Below the pieces are notes generated by a model. It ran no database searches and had not been told where the DNA came from. It saw only the letters and a list, made by a program, of their open reading frames with translations. From the human T2T-CHM13v2.0 reference genome, Homo sapiens, in the NCBI RefSeq assembly GCF_009914755.1, contig NC_060928.1: a stretch of 64,000 bases of DNA; one strand, 5' to 3'. The number at the start of each line of letters is the position of its first letter. Within the stretch, counting starts at the first letter, position 1. The position numbers and the translations under genes were made by a program. Shown here piece after piece: positions 1-13,020 of the stretch.

Positions 1-53
1 GAACCAGCGTTCAGCATATGGAGGATCCCGCCAGCCTCTGAGTTCCCTTAGTA

Positions 54-59
54 TTTATT
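54..59 (-). terminator. LTR5_Hs polyadenylation signal AATAAA
   Basis: tttatt on + strand in the context GATCAATAAATACTAAGGG, the known R-region signal. Confidence 0.8.
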
Positions 60-314
60 GATCATTTGTGGGTGTTTCTCGAAGAGGGGGATGTGTCAGG
101 GTCACAAGACAATTGTGGGGAGAGGGTCAGCAGACAAACACGTGAACAAAGGTCTTTGCATCATAGACAATGTAAAGGATTAAGTGCTGTGCTTTTAGAT
201 ATGCATACACATAAACATCTCAATGCTTTACAAAGCAGTATTGCTGCCCGCAGGTCCCACCTCCAGCCCTAAGGCAGTTTTTCCCTATCTCAGTAGATGG
301 AGCATACAATCGGG

Positions 315-321
315 TTTTATA
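315..321 (-). promoter_or_regulatory. LTR5_Hs TATA-like box (TATAAAA)
   Basis: ttttata on + strand in the canonical context CTCGGTATAAAACCCG. Confidence 0.75.
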
Positions 322-1389
322 CCGAGACATTCCATTGCCCAGGGACAGGCAGGAGACAGATGCCTTCCTCTTGTCTCAACTGCAAGAGGCATTCCTTCCT
401 CTTTTACTAATCCTCCTCAGCACAGACCCTTTACGGGTGTCGGGCTGGGGGACGGTCAGGTCTTTCCCTTCCCACGAGGCCATATTTCAGACTATCACAT
501 GGGGAGAAACCTTGGACAATACCTGGCTTTCCTAGGCAGAGGTCCCTGCGGCCTTCCGCAGTTTTTGTGTCCCTGGGTACTTGAGATTAGGGAGTGGTGA
601 TGACTCTTAAGGAGCATGCTGCCTTCAAGCATCTGTTTAACAAAGCACATCTTGCACCGCCCTTAATCCATTCAACTCTGAGTTGACACAGCACATGTTT
701 CAGAGAGCACGGGGTTGGGGGTAAGGTCACAGAATCTCAAGGCAGAATTTTTCTTAGTACATAACAAAATGGAGTCTCCTATGTCTACTTCTTTCTACAC
801 AGACACAGTAACAATCTGATCTCTCTTGCTTTTCCCCACAAAAAGATACGTAAATATCTGAATGAATATATAAATGAATGGATGGATTTCTTGCTCAAAT
901 TTATTTCTCTTCTAAAATTATATATAATTGATATATCTATTATATTATTCCACAGCTTTGTCTATTCTGTGTGTTTTTTCTTAAATCTTGCTTTAGTATT
1001 ATGTTTGTCTCCTGAAATAGGTTGAAAACTGCCTTTAAGAAGGTACTATATGTGTTATGTCTTCTAAGTGTCTATTTTTTCATCATACCTTTGGAAATAT
1101 GATTAGAAGTCAAAGTGTACTTGGTTGACAATTAGGCTTCACAATACACACACGAAAATGGAAATTTTTATTAAGAAGTAGTATAAAGTTTGTTGTGAGA
1201 ATACAAATAGCCACAAACTCTCTTGTCCTGTCATCAACACTAACATCATGGCAGCTAAAAATAATCTTTCCCCACTCTTAAGCAAGAATGTTAGACAGTG
1301 ACAGCATCATATTAAATTATTTCCTAAATTCTGTTGATAATGTCTCATGTGTCACACTTCGGGACAGTGAATATTTAGAGTTTCTAAAA

Positions 1390-1760
1390 ACATGACAATG
1401 AGCGAAGAGTCAAATGGCAAGACTGCTTTGAGAAGAATGAACCTGAAACTGGGTCATACCAAACCAACAGTATTGATAGAATTACTTTGGGGTGAAGTGA
1501 ACAGACTCAGTCAAAATGATCACACTGGGTGCCCAGATTATGATCTCTGAATATTTCTTTCACACTCAAAGTAACCAGGACTCTTTGGAGAAACAGCTTT
1601 CAGGTTAGAGGCAGAAAGCATATAAAATGGACTTGACCGAGCTCTATAAATCAGAAAATAAAGAAGCTTTCAAAGGTACTGGGGTGTTGTTTAAAGTACA
1701 CAGGAGCCAATGGAAAAGGATCACAATGGCCAAAGAATGAAGATATTTGCTGCACTGACA
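1390..1760 (+). mobile_element. Old L1M (L1MC/MD-like) 3' UTR remnant
   Basis: Motifs ggactctttggagaaa and ggagccaa...acaatggccaaag resemble old L1 3' ends; highly diverged. Confidence 0.4.
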
Positions 1761-2994
1761 TAAAAACTATGAAGGTTGGGGACACATCAAAATAGAGTTA
1801 GAACACAACTTCCTCTAGTTTCCTAAATATGTTACCACTTGTCCATCTATTTTCTGGTTTCTAAAAATAACTTCTCTGACTTCATTGTCTCAGCTATTCT
1901 ATCTGCCCTTAATGTTTTATGCATATTTTGTGCATGCTCACTCTCATTTAGAGGGGCTGCAAAATCAGTGGAGAGAAACACATTGTCAGTCTCCCATATT
2001 TAACCACACAAAGTCTGGGTCTCAGATTTACTCTTCACATATTATTAAGAAAATACACACACACAATCTATTCTGCCAGACAGAAATAACGTTGAAAATA
2101 GATTTGGCTTTCTTTGAATAAAGACAGAACTTTCTGTGTTTTTTTTTTTCCAGCTTCATTTTTCTCATGCTTAGTCTTGTTTATTTGAATAGAAAGAATA
2201 GAGAGAATTTGGCTTAATATCCAGAAATAGTGTTCTGGGTGATTTATGTCTGTATGGAGAGTTGTGTCATTTTCAGTTTTTCTTCTTTTTCACAGTGGAG
2301 GTTGAGCACTGACTTCAGTTAGAATTTCCTACGTGCAATAGTGCATGGATAAAATCAGACCATACATCCAATCTGTTCCTCAAAACACCTTAGTCATATA
2401 TTGTTTGAGGCCATATTGTGATTTGATTAGAAGATATTCACCATGTGAGAAAAAACAAAAAAACAAAGAGAAAGGTATAGTAGTGTAGAAGGAAGACAGT
2501 GGAGAACAGGTAAGATATTACTAAGTGTAGGTTCAAATACTGGCTCTTTTCTAACTGCAATTCTAACTGCAACTCTTTTCTAACTGCAATGCTTCAATAG
2601 AAGCATTTAACTACCACTTTGTCTTGCTCTCTGTGAAGTTACGTAATTGGTAGAGGTAATGTAAATAACCTTCTGTCCCTAAATTTCCTGTGATTATTTT
2701 TTATTGCTGAAACAAACTATTCTATATACTGATTTTATGTCAAAATATTTTACAACCTTGGAATGAGAAGATGTTATTTAAGAAAGGAAAAGGCATAAAG
2801 CATTTGCAAGTTTTCGTATGGGTTTCAATCTCAAAGTTGTATTCCAAATGTCAAGTTTAATGGTACCAATGTTGAGTATTACTATTGAAAATGAAATTCT
2901 ATTTATTTTAAAATTTATTTCATGATACCAAATATTCTTTTGATACCTGGTATATAATAATCTAGTACTTATATTAATCACCTAAATCTGCAAG

Positions 2995-3170
2995 TATTTC
3001 TTAAACTTTATTGTGCCTAACTTCCACCTGTGAATTAGTTAGAAATACAAGTGCCTAGACTCTTCTCAGAGATTATGATTTAGTAGACAGGGGTAGGACC
3101 AAGTTATCTACACTTTTATTGAATAATTGGCCAATTCTGATGTAGTCTCCACATGTCATCCTTTGAAAAT
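2995..3170. mobile_element. MER5-like hAT DNA transposon fossil
   Basis: ttcttaaacttt...cagagattatgatttagtag...aattctgatg pattern typical of MER5A/B. Confidence 0.55.
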
Positions 3171-3542
3171 TATGGCTAAATATCCTATTTGTAATTTCTT
3201 TTCACAATAACATTATTGGATAACTAACAATATTATCATACATATGCATATAGAGGGAGAATACAATTCTTCGCACAATCTAAGGGAAAACCTTCAACTT
3301 GCATTTGATAATAGGAGATAAGTGTTAAACTGCATATCAAACTTTATATTTTTTGGCACATATTACAGTGATGCAAGGAGAAAATACAGGTTATACAGAT
3401 TATGTATATGTAAATATACATATAAATATGTATGTTTATAATGACCTAGTCAAGCTCATCAGCTGTCATCAACTTGGGGAAAAGGAATCTCCAGTACACA
3501 TAGCTCCCTCTAGATCCCCCATCATCTCTACATTAGAGTAGC

Positions 3543-4246
3543 TGTAGTGAATTCTTATAATCCCATGTTGCCTAAGCCTTTATTTTAAATTTAAATTGGA
3601 CTTTCTCATACCAGAAACAGGAATTACCCTTGATATAGTCTACAACTCTCTAACTCCTCCCAGTTCTTCAGTGTGATGGATCCAGATATCTGCCTTTCAC
3701 AACTGCTTTTTGATGACCACCTTCCTATAGGACAGCTAGAAACAGCCTATGTGACTCACTCCTCAGACCCTTGTACCCCACATGGACTGCGTAGATATGG
3801 CATAGTGACCTCCTGTCAGTCACAGTGTGATCTTCTGGAACTTGTACCTGCTTGCTTTAAACTCACTGTTTAGAGCTCTCTTCGGGAAACCTGCTTGGGT
3901 AATGCTTTGGAACCCAATGAAAGCTTTGACTCTTTGGTCTCTTGCTCTCTCTCTTCTTTTCTTGCTTCCCACCAGCTGGTTGAGCATGCGTGTCCCAGAT
4001 AACTCTTCCTTTCCCACGGGCCCTGTGAGGCATGATGCCCTCTCCTCTCTGGGATCTAAAGGAATAAAGATTGCTTATGTTATTTCATGCCATTCATTTA
4101 TATTTTGTTCTGCTGCCTCTTCTATGTGTCACCTGATCAACACACATGAACCTAGAGAGGCCAGGGCACTCCTAGAGAGTGGGTATCTTGGATTATGGCC
4201 ACTATCAAGAGAAAGACCTCAAGACCAATTGGAGGAAAATATAACA
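3543..4246 (+). mobile_element. ERV solo LTR, MER72-like
   Basis: TG...CA termini (tgtagtgaattcttataat ... aagacctcaagaccaattggaggaaaatataaca), about 700 bp, internal aataaa near 4064. Confidence 0.65.
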
Positions 4247-5389
4247 CCAGCACAAGCTGTTTCTTGGAAGTAAAACATTAGGCTGTTGGATTCTGCTGTT
4301 AGAGATCACTGTTGCTAATGTGTGGTCATATTTTTCCTGCCTTGTCTGGGCCCAGTGGGATTTGGCCTCACCTTGGAGTGACCTCACTATTGCTGAGCCT
4401 GAAGGCTGTGCAGTTCCTTACCTACTCAAGAGAGCCAAATATGAAGTAAAGTTGCCTCTCAAGTTATGTAATGTACTATATCCCTCCAGATCAGAATATA
4501 TTTTATTAAATATTCTGTAATTATGATTCTGGGTCAATATGAAATATATGTAAAACCCATATGTCCCTTAAGTTTTATATTTGTTAAATAATGAGGTTAA
4601 CAGATAATTTTCAGTAGGAGTAAAGAAACTTGCTTCTAAGTTATACATCATATTCTGTATGAATATGTTACATACCTGAGTATGATATCAGAATACATCA
4701 TATTCTGACAACATAATGATAAATATTAATTTTAATTATCACAGATAACTTCTGTTACTTAGCTCTATTTTTGAAATATAGAATCAATGCATCTGGTTGG
4801 AAGTTCTACTAATTACTAAGTTTGGTTGATAGTTTCTAAATTTTTAAAAGAAATGTTAGTTAGAAATAGTTTAGCTAAAATTGCTATATCTATAGTATAC
4901 TGCGTAGCATTATGGTACACTGATAAGGTATTCTGAAGGAAAAGTTAATATCTCATTTAGAGAGGATATCTTTCACCTCTTGCTTCAGAAAAGTAAAAAA
5001 GACCAGATTTTCTTTTTACTTTCTTCTTGAGTTAAAAAGTGTCAGTTAAACCATAAAACAATATTTTAATTTTAAAAAACACCATCATGATTACTCCTTT
5101 AAATTTTATCTCATATGTATATGTGTGTTTTAAGTCATGACCAATATCTCACAGAAGGAAGCCCAATTAACTCAATTAAATGGAGTTTGTTTTATAAATA
5201 CTTTTTATGCAGTATTATCATCCTGCTATATTTTAAATTCTGTGTTCTCTGAGGCACTAATAGGCTTCATATGAAGACTATTGATCTAATTGTTCAAAAA
5301 TTGTATTTCCTTCAATTAATTTCTTATCCAAAGACTATAGAGCAGAGAACCAGAAACACCAAAGCCTCTGGGATAGAAGATCAGTACAC

Positions 5390-5706
5390 TAATAGCGAAT
5401 TATCTGGAAAAGAAATCAATTTAAAAAATCCCATTTGCAAAAGCTATGTAAAAATTAAATACTTAAAAATAAATTTAACCAAGGAGGTGAAAGATATTTA
5501 CACTGAAAACTATAAGACACTGATTAAAGAAATTGAAGAATTTCTTGATAGATTGGAAGGATTCATATTGTTGAAGTATCCATATCATCCAAAACAATGT
5601 ACAAATTCAATGTAATTCCCATCAAAATACCAATGACGTTCTTCACAGAAGTAGAAAAAAAATCCTAAAATGTGTATGGAATCACAAAAGACCTCGACTA
5701 GCCAAA
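5390..5706 (+). mobile_element. L1M ORF2 fragment (post-RT region)
   Basis: Translation IKYLKINLTKEVKDIYTENYKTLIKEIEE matches L1 ORF2p. Confidence 0.9.
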
Positions 5707-5769
5707 TGGCCATTACTTTTAATGGCAAAACAACAAGAACCAAAAAGTGACCAAAGTAAAAGAAGAAAT

Positions 5770-6052
5770 AAGAAAATGTCAACCGCTGTTGGAAGTTCTG
5801 GTGTGCTTCTTTCAACAAGATACTGATGCAGATTCCCATTCAAAACAGAGAAGGATGATATGAACAACAAGCTAAACAGATGGTTTAGCATACACAGATG
5901 ACATGATTCTTAGTAATGGTGGAATACACATTCTTCTAAGTGCATTTCCAACATTTACTCAAGTTGACCATTTGCAGAGTTATGGAACAAGTAAAATGAA
6001 TCCAGAGTTGAATCATATAGAATATGTTCAGTGCCCTCAGTGGAATTAAGCT
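5770..6052 (+). mobile_element. Old L1 ORF2 endonuclease-region fragment
   Basis: gaatacacattcttctaagtgca...ttgaccat...gaatatgttc...tggaattaagct resembles the EYTFFS..IDH..SDHNGIKL region. Confidence 0.55.
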
Positions 6053-6059
6053 CCCCTTC

Positions 6060-6450
6060 CCCCACCTAGACTTCATTTCACACTTACTCCAGTGCATGAT
6101 GCTCCAGAAATGCCAACCGTTTTTTTTTTTTTTTTTTTAACCTCTGTTGAACAATTCTGTTCTAGATTCAGGGATTATCTCCTTGTTTTGTAGGTTTCTG
6201 ATCAAGTGGCACTTTATGAAAGAGGGCCTCCCTGAACATATTATCTTAATTTATAACTCCCTTACTCTCTTCAATATCACCCATTTTAGTTATACAGTAC
6301 TTTTTTTTTAAACTATCTGTTGTTGTTTTATTTATTTACTTGTTTATTTTCTAGGAAATAATTGGCATGACTGCCAGGCTTGTCTCACTTGTTTACTGTC
6401 TAGTGCCTTAGCACGTAGGAGTTCAACAAGCAGCATTTGAATGAACAAAC
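6060..6450 (+). mobile_element. L2 3' end remnant
   Basis: ctagtgccttagcacgtaggagttcaacaa...tttgaatgaa resembles the L2 terminus. Confidence 0.55.
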
Positions 6451-7899
6451 CAGTGGTTGCTGCTGATCCACTGTTCATTGTTAGAACCCACAGCTACTCC
6501 CAGGATAAGTATTTCAACCCCATACTTTCGTGATGATAAAAATACATTTGTGTGCATGGCCATTTCTTATTATTAGAACATTGAAACTATAGGTTATTGA
6601 AATTATGATCTGTATGATGCCCTTAATTCTCTACTTCATTTTGCTAATGCAATCACAGGTTTATTGTTCAGGGTACAGGACACATTTCTGAACCTCAAAT
6701 TTCTTAGTCTGCACATTTCACATATTTTCCCTGATGCTGCCAACTATGAGCAAGCATGATTCTTTTCTACACATTTTAGTGAATTTTTCTTATTTTTATT
6801 TTTCTAAGATTTCTATTTCACATAAAAGCCAATTTATTTGTGAAATACACATTTCTCATTTTTAGAATGAAATGATTATTCTAGAAATTATCAGATTTCT
6901 ATGTCGTTTTTAGATTGACGTAGAATCTAATGCTTGTAATATTTAAGCCAGTCTCTTTGCTTTGTAGGTTTTATAGTTTTATTTGTGAATCACCTTAATA
7001 TTCTAGTATGTTTTGAAAAAGACTTTAATAAAATTCAGTGTCTCTAATTTTTTTTTCGGGGGGTGGTGGTAGAAATCAATAGAGGGGGTTTTGTTTGTGC
7101 TTGGGGAGCGTTAGGGAAATAAATACTTTACCTGGACATTTGGGTAGCTACGGCAAAGCAATGGAAGAAAAACAGAGTTTGGTCAAGATTCAGAAGAAAA
7201 ACACTGGAGTGTATATATTGCCATCCTTCCCATAGGGTCCAAGGACTAGGTAGATTTTGTCACACTGGAGATGAGCTATTTCATCTTTTCTTGTACTCTA
7301 AATTTAATTGTTTTTATTTCAATATAATTAGAAAATCAGCTAAAATAGAAACTGATCAAGTTTATGCAGACAATCCAGACTATTTTAAAAGTATTTTCTC
7401 GCAAACTGAAGAAGAACCTCAGGTTTGTTATTTCTTTAGTAGCATTCAAGTACATTCTTGTTATGTCTGACAGGAGTTTCCTGGGCTCAGTGTTTTTTGA
7501 GGCTTCTGTGGTCTCATAATTGCATGTTGCTGTAATTCATAAGCAGCAGCGCTATTGACAGGAAAGGAGTAACACAGAGTTTTGGAGCACTAACATGTTT
7601 AGATATTCACTTGTGTGAACTCATTTTGTTGCCAAGTGTTGTTTTTAGTGCTTACCATCATTGTCATAATTACTTTGCACCAAATTTATGTCCTCTAAAA
7701 CTTTGTTTTAATTGGATTTGGCTGAGTCATACTTTCATTTTATGGGTGTGGGTATTGAATCTCAGTGAGCAGCTTATCCAAAGTCATATAAAATGTTTGT
7801 GACATAGTCGTATGCAGTACTGTTAAACTTATATTTCTGAATAACCCATACATGTGATATGCACTTTCCTACCTATCAGTCTATAGCAAATGCTTCCAA

Positions 7900-8090
7900 A
7901 CATGGTCTTCTGTTTTTGTTAGAACTGGGTTCTTATGTTAGCTCAGGAATTTAATAGCTACAGGAATTTTTGCAATCGTTTTAAACTTTCCAAGCCTTGG
8001 GTACTCATTTGTAAAATGCAGTACCTAACTAACAAGGTTGTATAAACATGTGAGTTTATATACCTAATGGGCACAGTTTATTTGCAATTA
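7900..8090 (+). mobile_element. MIR remnant
   Basis: aagccttgggtactcatttgtaaaatg core. Confidence 0.5.
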
Positions 8091-10214
8091 TTACTTCTGT
8101 TTGAAATAAATTCATTTATATTTTACAACAATTCCTAATTTTTACCATGCATTGTTTGGGAACATTTTATAGATCCAGGATTAGACCAATTAATAAGCAA
8201 CTTGCACTAAAATAAATGTCTCCAGAAATAAAGGCATATATAATTAGTCCTGTATCTTATCGAGGCACAATCTATTCCTCGTTATTTTTTAAATGAAATG
8301 ATCCCCAAAAGCCAGTGAACAAAGGTGGCACTTCATAATTATTCTATTAAATAAGGCATTGAAGTATAATTAATGATTAATACAAACTGAGTAAGAGGAA
8401 AAATAAAGGCATATAATGTGGAGTGAAATTTGAACTAGATTTTTTAGAGCAATGCAGCGTTATGGGTAATACATTGGGTTAAGGGTATTTTTATTTCTTT
8501 TTCAAATTATAAATGTATTAACATCAATAAGTGTTTTAAATTAGAAATCATTATTTCTGCCAATCCTACATTTGCTACTAGACTCAACTTAGGATAATTT
8601 ATAAAGCCTGATTTTTTTTCTATGTTAACACTACATCATAATAAAGCATTTGCATATTTATGGTTAACTAATTAAGAGTGAAAATTTGACCAAAAAAAAG
8701 TTAAAATTGAGTAATTACTGAATAGGGAATTACACAGAGACTTTCTAGCTTTCCTAGTTTTAGATCATTAGCCAAACTCTGAAGAGTATGCTATTGCTAC
8801 AGTGTTTGAAAAAACAGTCTAGGATGCCAAGATCAACTGCCAAAAAAGGAAAGCAAATAATAATACCAAACGTCAAAAGCTACTTTTCACAGTTCTACTC
8901 CAAAACGGAGGATTATAAAAACATTATTTTTTATAGTCATAACAAAAAAACAAAGTGTTGTGTCAAGGTGAGAATAATTCTAAGTCTTTAAAAATTTCAG
9001 CACAAATGAGACCCTTGAGTAAAATAGTGAAAGAAAATGGTAACATGTTTGAGGTGCCAGGATGGGAAGGATAACTGCTGATGAAAATCCCACATTTGAG
9101 TCATAATTCAACAAACACATTTATTATACTAGCTTTAAGGTGTTATTCTTGTGTGGTGTGGCTTTTAGATAGTATAACATTTAGCTTAGTCTGTCCTAAG
9201 TACATATCTCTGAGTTTAGAATATGAATAGAAGAATTGTTTTCAATAATCACTAACTTCCATTTTCTACTCAGAGTGGTGTAGCGAAAAGGTGTGTGTCT
9301 TAGTAATAGTTTCAAATATTTTTTTTTTAGCTTTTAAAACTGAAATAATTTACCCATTTTGAGAAACAGCCTTCTTTAAAAATCTATAATTTAAAATTAA
9401 AAATACTAGCCCTGATATTGTGTATGTTATGCGAATCAGGTTAGAAATACAGTATAAGTACCTTTTCACAGCTGATTTTTATAAGATGCAAAAGGCATTG
9501 CTTTTACTAATATTATACTACCATTTTGAGTAGAATTTGACCCTAGAAATAGGGTCCATATGTTGTGAATAGTTTGACCCCTGTTATTTTTCCAAGCAGC
9601 CTAACACATCTACTAATAGACTAATTAATATACTAGACCAGTGAAGGAATACTATCAGAAGGCCACAGTTTTCCAGAAGAAAAGCAGATTAAAGTGTTAG
9701 CCAGGTAACATTTTGGATTGTGAAGAGATTACTTATGAACTATCAAATCTCAATAAGGACTATGGAACAACCTGGTAATTTCATGGCAGGAAGCTTTGCT
9801 TAGAATTTTAGTTTTAGTTTTAAATAGCAGTCTATCCATGTACTTTTCTTTAATACAACTTGAAGCTAATTAAGGACAGTTTATTCAAATGAAGTATTTA
9901 AATATTCCTAACCATGGAAACTGGGTGTGTCTTTTCTTAACACAATCCTAATTCATATTTTGTTAACTGACATACATTAGCTTTGTGCATTTTCACCAAT
10001 GTCTATGATGTTTCAAACTAAATTATAACTTATGTTATAAATATGAATAGTATTTGTTTGCTTATTAGTTTTACCAAAGACAAGTTAATAGGTATTTTTG
10101 AAGTAACTGGCAAGTAAATCATTTCTAATTCAGTAGTTTAATCTTGGTGAGTTAAGACTTATTACTATTATAGATCTATTATTTAATCTTTATATGATAC
10201 ATTTTTGAGTTCCA

Positions 10215-10480
10215 ATTAAATGACAGGCTTTGTGCTAGGTGTGAGGAATATGTAGACAAAGAAGATCTGCTCTGTGTCTCAAGGAGCTTGATCTCCTTGT
10301 AAAAGAGAAGGAAACCAGCATTGTGTCTTACGTTACATGTACAATGCATTCTGCTAAAAGAACTCAAAGAAGAAACCATTACCTCTGACTTAGAAGGCCA
10401 AGAAGACTTTTGAGAAGTAACTTCCGTGCTGTCATAGGATAGAAAGCATTTAGCCAGGAAGAACTATAAGACATGTTAAC
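10215..10480 (-). mobile_element. L2 remnant
   Basis: caggctttgtgctaggtg...ctgtgtctcaaggagctt motif. Confidence 0.5.
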
Positions 10481-12040
10481 ATAGTTGTAAGAAAACCATT
10501 TTGGTAAGTTTCTAATATAGCAATTTTTATGTACTCTGAAATTCAGATTCTAAATTTTTACCATTTTTTATCACCAAGAAATTTACAAAAGACAAATGCT
10601 TATCCCAATTCTGAGCCACACTTTACACTTTAACTTTACTCCATCTGTGACACCAAAGTCTAGGGTAGGAGAAATGGAAGAAGACTTGTACCAAGTTGGA
10701 GTGGAGAGTCAGAGGGAGGCTTAGGAATGGGCTGAGGGGAAAGTTGCATGTTAACACTATCTTACAAACTGCAGAAAACCCAGGGCCACATATTTACCAC
10801 ACTTACTCATTTCAGAAAGGGCCATCAGTCTCTCTAAGTAAAGTTTACACTCATTTTTGTAAGTTCAGGTATATCTTGAACTGATTCTCAAATTACCTGT
10901 TACTTTCTTTAAACAATGACCATAACTATTTACTTCCAATTAATGATTAGAGTTCACTATATAATACATCTCTTTGAATTTTCGTATGTTTTTCTAGAAG
11001 ATATTACCTCAATTGTTGAAGGGCTCCTGCACCAGATAATCATATTAAGTAGGGGTATTTTTAGCATTGGATATCTGGCAGGTATTGATGATTTTAATAT
11101 ATGGAATGAAATTTTAAGATTATGGAGAACTATCACCAAGAATAGTTCTAAAAAATGCGAGTAAAGTAGATAAACTTTTTTTTTTTGGAAACTTCATACA
11201 TTCTCTTCTTGTCTGTTTTATATTTCTTTTTAACACTTGGACAAAAGTGTTCCTAGACTTTCTCCTGACAGTACAAGTTCTACAATGGAGCAAGTTCTTC
11301 TGCTCTAAGCATGTTTTCTCTTCCCAATTACTTCTAGGCAATCCCTGCTAAAGATTTTATTCTACTCATCACATCCATCTGTGTACAGGTAGTAATTTAG
11401 TCCTACTTTATAATTTAGTCCTAGTTTATCTATAAGCTCTTGTCACTATTATAATATCTTCAAAAAGTATTGCATGCAAAACATAGTAATGCACTAGTAT
11501 CGGATCCCAAGGGTGCTTCACAATGCACTAATTAATTTAGGGAGAAAGAAAGAGAATCATGATTCCTGTGGTTCAATATGTTTGCAGATTTGCTAAATAA
11601 AGTTAAACGATTATCTCCACAATAATATTTATAGCCTTAAAAACAAATACATGGATTGGATAGCCCCAAGACGGCTATACGATACAATGAAATTTCCAAA
11701 ACATCTAAACAGTTTTAAGTGAGGAAATCATCTGATGTAGTGAGATAAGGAGTTCTAATTGCATGTTTTTGCAGTAAAAATACTTGGAACTAGATATATG
11801 TCTTATGCATTTTTAAAAACATTTTGTCACATTCCTGGTTGCAAGATTGGGGTTCCATAGCATACTTCAAGATTCTAGCAAGTAAAAAAAAAGGAAATTA
11901 ATGGCAGAGAAATTGTAATACTTTTGACAAACTCCTTATAGTATTTTTTAAAGAAATATATACATTTTAGGACTAGAGATGTCCCTATATGAAGGCAATT
12001 TTATTCTAGCTTGCATTATTTGAATATTACAGGTAAAGAA

Positions 12041-13020
12041 TATTGGGGGGAAACACGACCAATATTTCAATGTAGGTTTTTTCTATTTTCCGTAAGTGTC
12101 GGTTGGCTGAGAAATAAAGAGAGACAGTACAAAGAGAGGAATTTTACAGCTGGGCTGCTCGGGGTGAAATCACATATCGGTAGGACCGTGATGCCCACCT
12201 GAGCCTCAAACCTCAAACCAGCAGGTTTTTATTAAGGGTTTCAAAAGGGGAGGGGGTGTAAGAACAGAGAGTAGGTACAAAGATCACATGTTTCAAAGGG
12301 CAAAAGCAGAACTACAGATAAGGGTCTATGTTTAGCAGTGCACGTATTGTCTTGATAAACATCTTAAACAACAGAAAACAGGGTTCGAGAGCAGAGAACC
12401 CAGTCTGACCACAAATTTACCAGGGTGGAGTTTTCCCCACCCTAGTAAGCCTGAGGGTACTGCAGGAGACCAGGGCGTATCTCAGTCCTTATCTCAACTG
12501 CACAAGACAGACATTCCCAGAGCGGCCGTTTATAGACCTGCCCCCAGGAATGCATTCCTTCCCCAGGGTATTAATATTAATATTCCTTGCTAGGAAAAGA
12601 ATTGAGTGATATCTTCCCTACTTGCATGTCTGTTTATAGGCTCTCTGCAAGAAGATAAATATGGCTCTTTTTGCCCAACCCCACAGGTAGTCATACCTTA
12701 TGGCTGTCTTCCCTTGTTCCCTAAAAATCGCTGTTATTCTGTTCTTTTTCAAGGTGCACTGATTTCCTATTGTTCAAACAAAACACACATGTTTTACGAT
12801 CAATTTGTACAGTTAACACAGTTATCACAGTGGTCCTGAGGTGACGTACATCCTCAGTTTACAAAGATAACAGGATTAAGAGATAAGTAAAGACAGGCAT
12901 AAGAAATTATAAAAGTATTATTTGGGAACTGATAAATGTCCATGAAATCTTCTCAATTTATGTTCCTCTGCTGCGGCTCCAGCTGGTGCCTCCATTTGGG
13001 GTCCCTAACTTCCCGCAACA
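12041..13020 (-). mobile_element. MER11 solo LTR (HERV-K11/HML-8)
   Basis: Reverse complement starts TGTTGCGGGAAGTTAGGGACCCC and ends CCCCCCAATA; flanks aaagaa / atagaa give a 6-bp TSD with one mismatch. Confidence 0.92.

Larger units (their letters stand above)
1..840 (-). mobile_element. HERV-K (HML-2) LTR, LTR5_Hs type; 5' end at 840, runs off the left edge
   Basis: Reverse complement starts TGTGGGGAAAAGCAAGAGAGATCAGATTGTTACTGTGTCTGTGTAGAAAGAAG and follows the remembered LTR5_Hs consensus almost without substitutions, CpGs retained. Confidence 0.96.

Noticed and set aside
223-600. 125-aa ORF antisense to LTR5_Hs
   Set aside because: Generic open frame of the LTR, with no evidence of locus-specific coding function.
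1-850. Assigning the LTR5_Hs to a named provirus or chromosomal locus
   Set aside because: The internal side is outside the window and I cannot match the flank to a known locus without a search.
3827-4273. 148-aa hydrophobic ORF
   Set aside because: It lies almost wholly in an LTR; the hydrophobicity comes from CT-rich LTR sequence and the start codon is GTG.
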